From assembly GCA_013265495.1 (NCBI GenBank), contig MU058221.1:4528001-4592000 (forward strand): a stretch of 64,000 nt of DNA, in the 5' to 3' direction. Under the pieces are notes generated by a model that saw nothing but the letters and a program-made list of their open reading frames with translations, ran no database searches and had not been told where the DNA came from. Positions 61,801 through 64,000 of the stretch are shown in pieces. Source of the DNA: Vicugna vicugna. Lineage: Eukaryota. The translations under genes and the position numbers were made by a program. Within the stretch, counting starts at the first letter, position 1, and every line of letters starts with the position of its first letter.

Positions 61801-63975
61801 AGATGGGGAGGCGGAAGGGTGGGGAGTTCGTAGCTACCAGTGAGCTGCACTTTCAGTATACATGAAGATGAAAGTCTGCGGAGCTGTTGGTCATTCACCC
61901 ATAAAGATCAGAGAGAGGACTTCGGGTCATTCCCAGATAACTTGGGCACTCCATGAAGACCCTCTGGGCCCACAGCGAGCAGAGGTCTAAATTACGTGGG
62001 AAGTGGGTTCATGGCAAGTCCACGCCTCAGATGTGAATGCTGCTCAGGCCTCACCAGACAGTCACGGAGACAGGAGTGAGTCCATTCTGGAGAACAGACT
62101 CTGAAATGGAGAGTCCTGGCACCCGCGTGTCCTCACGTTGGAATTTGGCTTCTACTTACTACTAGAGGAAGTGTCACCAGATCCGAAGTTTTTGAAAGAT
62201 AAATTTTGGTTTACAAAAAAAAGGCTCTGATGCTCTCATGTTACATTTCTGGTTCTAGGCCATCCTCAGTGGCTTCCTGAGTGACTTCCTACCGGCTGTA
62301 AAGCAGACTGCATCAAACATTGTAGAAGCCTCAGTCGAGATCTATAACAGAATGAGCATTGATCTCCTGCCGACACCGGCCAAGTCCCATTACATCTTTA
62401 ACTTGAGGGACTTATCCAAATGCGTGCAAGGTAGTGTATGGAGCCCACATTGCCTGGCCTGCCCCCTCCTTTCATTTCCACCCACCCCAGATCTCTCAGG
62501 AGAGGAGTATGTACATGGGTGTCGGTGACGTGTCTGGAAATCCCACCCCATGTACAAGTCACCTTTGACCCCAGCCCCAGGCTGACTGCTTCAAGCCACA
62601 CTCCCATTTCTCACTCCCAGCTGATGGCCTGTCTTCTTTTTCACTGAAAAAACAAGCAAGCAAGCCAGAACTGCCTCCTCTTCCAAATCTCCCAGACGAC
62701 CCGCATCTGCCTGCCTTCCTACTGCAGTGGTCCCGCTGTGCCTGCCCCTCTCGGGTGCCAGTACTCCCTCTGGTGCTGAGCCCCATCCCCTCCTGCCTAC
62801 GCGAGGAGTTCGCTCTTGTATTTCCTGCTTCTCTTCCCCAGCGTCCGTGCTTCCTCTTCTGTTGGGTCGTGCTTAACAGCGTAGAAACCTGCTGTAACAC
62901 CTCTCATCTTAGAAAAGAATTCTCTCTAGGCCACATACCCTGCTTCTGCTACCTTCCCCATTTTCACTGATAATGTGTCCCAGCTTTGTTTCACCATTGT
63001 CATGTGTGTATACGTGTATGTCCACTGGGGGACCACTCATTCCTGGGAGTGTGGGGGTAAAGCTGGACTTCAGGATTTTCTGGTTAATTCAGCTATTACT
63101 AGATATACCACAAATGTAGAATTTTTCTTCTTTTCTTCAAAAAACAGGTATCCTCCAGTGTGATCCAGGAACAATAAGAGAAGAATTACAGATATTTAGA
63201 CTCTTTTGCCATGAATGTCAAAGAGTCTTCCATGATCGTTTGATTAATAATGAAGATAAGCACTATTTCCATGTTATTTTGACAGAAATGGCCAGTAAAT
63301 ATCAACCTTTATTCAGCTGTTCTTTCTTTCTGTTTTCTTTTTTCTTTTTTTTGAGTAGAGAAGCAGTTTGGTTTCTAATCCTAGCCATTAGACCACCAGG
63401 GAGACGCAACTGGGTTCCTAAAAGGAAAATTAAAATGAGCAAGATGAACCGTAGTCATTGATGAGTAAAAGTTTTTTTTCTTCAATGACCCAAATATAGA
63501 ACAGCATATGAAATATTGTGAAAGTCATTTTATGGAAATTCAGGAAGGTTTGATATTCTTAATACTGTTTGGAATTTTAAGTAGAGGAGGGAAAGCAGAA
63601 AAAACAGCGTTTTGCCTGCTAGGAAGCCAGGATATTTCTAGAGTACTTCTGATTTATTCATATGTATTCAGTATCTATTAGTTAATAAAATGTTTATGAA
63701 TTTTGAATATTCTGAATCTTAGATCCGGGGGATAATCAAACTGAAGTGTTCTGGTATTAACACGGCTTTCTCTCAGTTTCATGTATACTTATGTTAAGGC
63801 TTCTAAGTAAAGTAATGCTTGTTATAATTACGTATATTACATCATTAATATCCTGCATTCAAGCTTATCATTATACTAAAAATTAACTATTTTTTGAACA
63901 GACAAACATTTTGGAATTGCAATAGGTCTGGAATACTTTTTGACTAGGCCCATCATATTTGGAGACTTCATTAAG
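338..63975 (+). CDS. DNAH6: Axonemal dynein heavy chain 6, internal part: 39 spliced coding exons, 2065 codons (tail, linker, AAA1-AAA3)
   Basis: Exons join in frame with consistent phases. Walker A motifs GPAGTGKT (AAA1), GPTGGGKT (AAA2), GITGVGKS (AAA3). Dynein motifs [56 protein letters not shown]. Tail peptides and the linker insert [24 protein letters not shown] match DNAH6 as recalled. Confidence 0.95.
558..678 (+). CDS. DNAH6: DNAH6 window exon 2 (121 nt)
   Basis: tgtctag| [14 protein letters not shown]...DCAREYAE+g |gtatga; phase 0/1. Confidence 0.88.
1347..1464 (+). CDS. DNAH6: DNAH6 window exon 3 (118 nt)
   Basis: ctcttag| (G)YGKIPGSG...[18 protein letters not shown]+cg |gtaagg; phase 1/2. 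Confidence 0.9.
2714..2882 (+). CDS. DNAH6: DNAH6 window exon 4 (169 nt)
   Basis: ttttcaag| (R)[14 protein letters not shown]...EVADKK |gtatat; phase 2/0. Confidence 0.92.
3761..3877 (+). CDS. DNAH6: DNAH6 window exon 5 (117 nt)
   Basis: cattgcag| [22 protein letters not shown]...SLEDFL |gtatgt; phase 0/0. Confidence 0.9.
4235..5047 (-). mobile_element. ERVL-MaLR (MLT1-type) solo LTR, interrupted by an L1 3' fragment
   Basis: Starts tgtggttttagttatctgttgctg...ggcttaaaacaacagccatttatt and ends gccaccttagaattctgcc; recalled MLT1 antisense pattern; boundaries approximate. Confidence 0.7.
4449..4608 (+). mobile_element. Short L1 3'-UTR insertion nested in the MLT1 LTR
   Basis: L1 3'-end text tattcaatatcttgcaataacctataatgaaaaagaatatg plus A-rich tail; 14-bp TSD aaaagctcatctct (4435-4448) / aaaagttcatctct (4609-4622). 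Confidence 0.85.
6130..6580 (+). mobile_element. L2 LINE remnant
   Basis: Pyrimidine-rich L2-like text (caagccagcaatctgggagccatcctaaatcctccc; caaatctgatcatgccact); highly diverged; boundaries approximate. Confidence 0.55.
7919..8119 (+). CDS. DNAH6: DNAH6 window exon 6 (201 nt)
   Basis: tccaacag| [20 protein letters not shown]...IIFQIK |gtatac; phase 0/0. Confidence 0.92.
8640..9215 (+). mobile_element. Ancient L1/HAL1 ORF1 remnant
   Basis: 8951-8983 translates [11 protein letters not shown] and 9137-9211 translates [25 protein letters not shown], both resembling L1 ORF1p motifs; no intact ORF. Confidence 0.7.
9577..9697 (+). CDS. DNAH6: DNAH6 window exon 7 (121 nt)
   Basis: catttag| [20 protein letters not shown]...KLQEP+g |gtacgt; phase 0/1; not in the ORF track in this frame. 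Confidence 0.92.
10330..10470 (-). mobile_element. MIR SINE
   Basis: Antisense core tattctcattttataaataaggaaatgga...aagatcacacagctaacaagtggc. Confidence 0.7.
10565..10645 (+). mobile_element. MIR SINE fragment
   Basis: gctatgtgtgaccgtggccaagtcacttagcct...tttctgtataaagtg. Confidence 0.6.
10855..11000 (-). mobile_element. MIR SINE fragment
   Basis: atgaggaaactgaagctcagaaaggtttgaaggacgtacccaaagctaca. Confidence 0.65.
11785..12016 (-). mobile_element. L1 3'-UTR fragment
   Basis: T-rich head, then tttcaggtgtacagcaaagtgattcagtt...ttaatcccaaactcctaatttatccct. Confidence 0.8.
12120..12271 (+). CDS. DNAH6: DNAH6 window exon 8 (152 nt)
   Basis: tatgtag| (D)[12 protein letters not shown]...PSPLRCLE |gtaact; phase 1/0. 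Confidence 0.92.
12330..12487 (-). mobile_element. tRNA-Ala-derived SINE (camelid vic-1-like), antisense
   Basis: Reverse complement reads ggagagggtatagctcagtggtagagcatatgtttagcatgcacgaggtcctgggttcaatccccag with the cctaattacctc tail. Confidence 0.85.
13089..13241 (+). CDS. DNAH6: DNAH6 window exon 9 (153 nt)
   Basis: ctcctag| [15 protein letters not shown]...LDEIQER |gtgagt; phase 0/0. Confidence 0.93.
13500..13612 (-). mobile_element. MIR SINE fragment
   Basis: tgcaggtgaggaagc...ccaagatcac...gcagagctggaatttaaacttgggtctctgac. Confidence 0.6.
13811..13892 (+). repeat. Compound microsatellite (TC)6-(AC)17-(TCAC)n-(TC)n
   Basis: Read directly from the sequence. Confidence 0.95.
14630..14881 (+). 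CDS. DNAH6: DNAH6 window exon 10 (252 nt)
   Basis: catctag| [17 protein letters not shown]...EIKLLAQ |gtaagc; phase 0/0. Confidence 0.93.
15954..16137 (-). mobile_element. Tigger2-derived MITE (TcMar DNA transposon)
   Basis: Imperfect TIRs cagttagccctagaacaac ... gtgtgttcaagggtccgctg followed by TA; subterminal text resembles recalled Tigger2/MER8 ends. Confidence 0.8.
17629..17757 (+). CDS. DNAH6: DNAH6 window exon 11 (129 nt)
   Basis: ttttacag| [13 protein letters not shown]...SYQKNFK |gtaatg; phase 0/0. Confidence 0.93.
18928..20008 (-). mobile_element. L1 ORF2 fragment (decayed)
   Basis: Minus ORF 18979..19218 [29 protein letters not shown]...PDDFTGKF is an L1 ORF2p motif; stops and frameshifts are present. 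Confidence 0.9.
19549..19650 (-). mobile_element. Short younger L1 3'-end nested in the older L1
   Basis: ttaactgaagtaaggtcaattacaatgtgtcgatttctggtgtgcagc; flanked by the direct repeat tgttttctt (19540-19548 / 19651-19659). Confidence 0.75.
20601..20714 (+). CDS. DNAH6: DNAH6 window exon 12 (114 nt)
   Basis: tttttaaag| [23 protein letters not shown]...QQEWLK |gttaaa; phase 0/0. Confidence 0.92.
21852..22660 (-). mobile_element. L1 3' end (L1MA-like) with ORF2 C-terminal remnant
   Basis: attagtttcaggtgtacag...ctcttagcaactttcaaatatg...gttttccatagtggttgcaccaatttacattcc. Confidence 0.88.
23143..23286 (+). CDS. DNAH6: DNAH6 window exon 13 (144 nt)
   Basis: ttcatag| [15 protein letters not shown]...EKMKEK |gtaagt; phase 0/0. 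Confidence 0.93.
23870..24660 (-). mobile_element. Old L1 pieces: endonuclease-region fragment then an L1MC-like 3' end
   Basis: gagaggagcgctgaaacgtcccagtatcattgtggatgtgtcta; then actttttattttaaagtcattttagacttacaga...acccagtttcctctactgttaaca. Confidence 0.7.
25091..25303 (+). CDS. DNAH6: DNAH6 window exon 14 (213 nt)
   Basis: tttccag| [17 protein letters not shown]...ETILKK |gtaaat; phase 0/0. Confidence 0.94.
26008..26100 (+). CDS. DNAH6: DNAH6 window exon 15 (93 nt)
   Basis: ttccaag| [31 protein letters not shown] |gtgggt; phase 0/0. Confidence 0.93.
27473..27592 (+). CDS. DNAH6: DNAH6 window exon 16 (120 nt)
   Basis: ttttaaag| [21 protein letters not shown]...LFNQTL |gtgagt; phase 0/0. 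Confidence 0.94.
27787..28185 (-). mobile_element. MLT1-type LTR fragment interrupted by a SINE; ends about 50 nt before exon 17
   Basis: tgtattagg...aaacttagtg...catttattatcccacagtttctgtgggtcaggaattc...ggctgtcagccagcagccaccctcagctcc. Confidence 0.75.
27948..28046 (+). mobile_element. tRNA-Ala-derived SINE, short form
   Basis: gggagagggtacagctcagtggtagagcatgtgtttagcatgctcaaggtcctgggttcaatccccagtacctcca plus a (TGAA/TGAG) tail. Confidence 0.85.
28234..28414 (+). CDS. DNAH6: DNAH6 window exon 17 (181 nt)
   Basis: gtcctag| [17 protein letters not shown]...RAATQP+g |gtagaa; phase 0/1. Confidence 0.94.
28612..28832 (-). mobile_element. L1 3'-UTR fragment
   Basis: ttttttcaattgaagtatagtcagtttacaatgttgtgtcaatttctg...tagtagtcagtgtctgcaaat. 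Confidence 0.85.
29107..29134 (+). repeat. (TG)14 microsatellite
   Basis: Read directly from the sequence. Confidence 0.95.
29965..30061 (+). CDS. DNAH6: DNAH6 window exon 18 (97 nt)
   Basis: tttctag| (G)[31 protein letters not shown]+ag |gtaagt; phase 1/2. Confidence 0.94.
32499..32718 (+). CDS. DNAH6: DNAH6 window exon 19 (220 nt, linker)
   Basis: catccag| (R)[19 protein letters not shown]...LSPEGER |gtaagg; phase 2/0. Confidence 0.95.
33435..33993 (+). mobile_element. L1 ORF2 C-terminus and 3' UTR, sense
   Basis: cacctgcaccccagtgttcacagcagc...ggaaacaacctaagtgtcc...catgaaactaatattgcaaatcagctatacctc; flanking repeat tttcacttgtcc / ttttacttgtcc. Confidence 0.9.
34543..34707 (+). CDS. DNAH6: DNAH6 window exon 20 (165 nt)
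   Basis: cttccag| [21 protein letters not shown]...GHPSQ |gtaacc; phase 0/0. Confidence 0.93.
34792..34905 (+). CDS. DNAH6: DNAH6 window exon 21 (114 nt)
   Basis: ccctgcag| [14 protein letters not shown]...EKVNFE |gtgaga; phase 0/0. Confidence 0.93.
35935..36048 (+). mobile_element. MIR SINE
   Basis: Core tcacttaccctctctgaccctcagtttcctctaacgcaaaatggga. Confidence 0.75.
36196..36321 (+). CDS. DNAH6: DNAH6 window exon 22 (126 nt)
   Basis: tttgtag| [16 protein letters not shown]...[19 protein letters not shown] |gtaact; phase 0/0. Confidence 0.94.
36407..36562 (+). CDS. DNAH6: DNAH6 window exon 23 (156 nt)
   Basis: tatgcag| [17 protein letters not shown]...[18 protein letters not shown] |gtatgt; phase 0/0. 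Confidence 0.94.
36864..37025 (+). CDS. DNAH6: DNAH6 window exon 24 (162 nt, AAA1 Walker A)
   Basis: tctccag| [11 protein letters not shown]...[18 protein letters not shown]...DGLDYK |gtgcag; phase 0/0. Confidence 0.96.
37402..38211 (-). mobile_element. hAT-Charlie (Charlie1-type) non-autonomous DNA transposon
   Basis: Ends gagtagttcacaagcttttt...ggacccctttacacgcttaaaaatta and ttcacggaccccct...cagtttggaaaaatgctg match recalled Charlie1 termini; degenerate 8-bp TSD ttgcagta / tttcagca. Confidence 0.8.
37681..37788 (+). mobile_element. Tiny L1 3'-end insertion with an apparent 3' transduction, nested in the Charlie element
   Basis: Perfect TSD gaaaatctct (37671-37680 / 37789-37798); L1 end + A12 + 33-nt unique segment containing AATAAA + (AAAAG)n tail. 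Confidence 0.8.
38814..38951 (+). CDS. DNAH6: DNAH6 window exon 25 (138 nt, AAA1 Walker B)
   Basis: ctttcag| [24 protein letters not shown]...AKAAK |gtgagg; phase 0/0. Confidence 0.96.
39235..39390 (+). repeat. Degenerate (CA)n-rich simple repeat
   Basis: About 155 nt of CA units interrupted by CG/TG/GA; explains the H/T- and C/V-rich ORFs. Confidence 0.95.
40620..41180 (+). mobile_element. L2 LINE remnant
   Basis: gaccctgggcttcatcttgaatctttccc...tgctcaaaattctcc...caggacaaaactctcaaggccttagcctagcat; boundaries approximate. Confidence 0.55.
41461..41628 (+). CDS. DNAH6: DNAH6 window exon 26 (168 nt)
   Basis: ccgacag| [13 protein letters not shown]...[19 protein letters not shown]...LIAE |gtgagc; phase 0/0. 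Confidence 0.96.
42614..42633 (-). promoter_or_regulatory. Candidate CTCF motif
   Basis: Minus strand reads TTACCCCCAGGGGGCGCTGG versus core consensus CCACCAGGGGGCGCT (one core mismatch); motif match only. Confidence 0.35.
43561..43709 (+). CDS. DNAH6: DNAH6 window exon 27 (149 nt)
   Basis: actctag| [17 protein letters not shown]...[16 protein letters not shown]+gg |gtaagg; phase 0/2. Confidence 0.96.
43781..43965 (+). mobile_element. tRNA-Ala-derived SINE (camelid vic-1-like)
   Basis: gggggcagggtgtagctcaagtggtagag...gggttcaatccccagtacctcctct...aaacctaattacctcccc plus A-rich tail; starts 72 nt after exon 27. Confidence 0.85.
45570..45677 (+). CDS. DNAH6: DNAH6 window exon 28 (108 nt)
   Basis: tatttag| (G)[35 protein letters not shown]+ag |gtaaac; phase 2/2. 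Confidence 0.95.
46759..46917 (+). mobile_element. tRNA-Ala-derived SINE (camelid vic-1-like), best-preserved copy
   Basis: A box tagctcaagtgg, B box ggttcaatccc, tail cctaattacctcccc plus A tail; 13-bp TSD aacacagtgatga (46746-46758) / aacacaacgatga (46918-46930). Confidence 0.9.
47500..48645 (-). mobile_element. 5'-truncated L1 (ORF2 C-terminus and 3' UTR)
   Basis: Minus ORF 47690..47968 [31 protein letters not shown] is the L1 ORF2p C-terminus; T-rich head. Confidence 0.92.
49018..49573 (+). CDS. DNAH6: DNAH6 window exon 29 (556 nt, AAA2)
   Basis: tttccag| (S)GIISDLFPG...GPTGGGKT...[24 protein letters not shown]...MLFE |gtaaat; phase 2/0. Confidence 0.96.
50381..50503 (+). CDS. DNAH6: DNAH6 window exon 30 (123 nt; GC donor)
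   Basis: attttag| [18 protein letters not shown]...WMRSVSKK |gcaagt; phase 0/0; the 3' boundary assumes a GC-AG intron. Confidence 0.88.
51395..53590 (-). mobile_element. About 2.2-kb old L1 (L1MB/L1MC-like 3' end plus ORF2 remnant)
   Basis: tttagagcagttttaggtttatagaaaaat...; minus ORFs 52113..52343 and 52950..53216 give ORF2-like peptides (MANK...[22 protein letters not shown]...GRPNIVRM). Confidence 0.88.
54013..54195 (+). CDS. DNAH6: DNAH6 window exon 31 (183 nt)
   Basis: ctttcag| [16 protein letters not shown]...DGINLTV |gtaggc; phase 0/0. Confidence 0.9.
54723..54866 (+). CDS. DNAH6: DNAH6 window exon 32 (144 nt)
   Basis: ctttcag| [25 protein letters not shown]...NPDAR |gtaaga; phase 0/0. 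Confidence 0.94.
56012..56233 (+). CDS. DNAH6: DNAH6 window exon 33 (222 nt, AAA3 Walker A start)
   Basis: accctag| [14 protein letters not shown]...VPTADTVR...GITGVGK |gtagga; phase 0/0. Confidence 0.95.
57040..57187 (+). CDS. DNAH6: DNAH6 window exon 34 (148 nt)
   Basis: atttaaag| [12 protein letters not shown]...[12 protein letters not shown]...KNIL+g |gtaaga; phase 0/1. Confidence 0.95.
57471..57630 (-). mobile_element. L1 3'-UTR fragment
   Basis: T-rich head then taattgaaatatagtcaatttacaatattgtatcagtttctggtgtacagc. Confidence 0.85.
58128..58285 (+). CDS. DNAH6: DNAH6 window exon 35 (158 nt, AAA3 Walker B)
   Basis: tccctag| (G)[33 protein letters not shown]...WKDIQ |gttact; phase 1/0. 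Confidence 0.95.
58344..58735 (-). mobile_element. MLT1A/B-type solo LTR
   Basis: tgtattcgtttgccagagttaccataacaaagt...ctggaagtccagggtcaagatgtc...gggcttcagcatgtga...attcagcccatggca; TG...CA ends. Confidence 0.8.
59749..59880 (+). CDS. DNAH6: DNAH6 window exon 36 (132 nt)
   Basis: cgtacag| [26 protein letters not shown]...LKQIFQ |gtgagt; phase 0/0. Confidence 0.95.
60525..60776 (+). mobile_element. Short L1 3'-UTR insertion with perfect TSD
   Basis: 13-bp TSD aagatgctcagag (60512-60524 / 60777-60789); the tail ends in CA repeats. Confidence 0.9.
62259..62430 (+). CDS. DNAH6: DNAH6 window exon 37 (172 nt)
   Basis: gttctag| [10 protein letters not shown]...[22 protein letters not shown]+g |gtagtg; phase 0/1. 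Confidence 0.95.
63148..63294 (+). CDS. DNAH6: DNAH6 window exon 38 (147 nt)
   Basis: aaaacag| (G)[12 protein letters not shown]...[16 protein letters not shown]...LTEMA+a |gtaaat; phase 1/1. Confidence 0.92.
63902..63975 (+). CDS. DNAH6: DNAH6 window exon 39 (74 nt)
   Basis: tgaacag| (N)[24 protein letters not shown] |gtaagt; phase 1/0. Confidence 0.93.
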
Positions 63976-64000
63976 GTAAGTCCGTTGACCTGACTACATT

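Noticed and set aside
1..64000. A novel multi-gene system, operon, CRISPR array or prophage
   Set aside because: The window is explained by one spliced eukaryotic gene plus common repeats. I saw no regularly spaced repeats, dense foreign ORFs or nested gene.

Overview
Mammalian genomic DNA lying entirely inside one plus-strand, multi-exon gene, axonemal dynein heavy chain DNAH6. I traced 39 consecutive coding exons by hand (338..63975; 6195 nt; 2065 codons). Intron phases are consistent and there is no stop codon. They encode the distal tail, linker, AAA1, AAA2 and AAA3; the gene start and end lie outside the window. Exon numbers used here are window-local. All introns are GT-AG except one, which is best read as GC-AG (donor at 50504). 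The introns contain ordinary mammalian repeats (L1, L2, MIR, MaLR LTRs, Charlie and Tigger DNA transposons, microsatellites) plus tRNA-Ala-derived SINEs of a type I associate with camelids, so the species is probably camel/alpaca (inference). Most ORF-track entries are exon read-throughs, repeat-derived or chance ORFs. I found no evidence for a new multi-gene system. The best leads are small-scale: an apparent L1 3' transduction with a perfect target-site duplication, a SINE-supplied in-frame alternative donor, the atypical GC donor, a stop-free in-frame 84-nt intron, a possible re-splicing junction, and patchy CpG gain suggesting GC-biased gene conversion. Repeat family names and orthology are from recall, not from a search.
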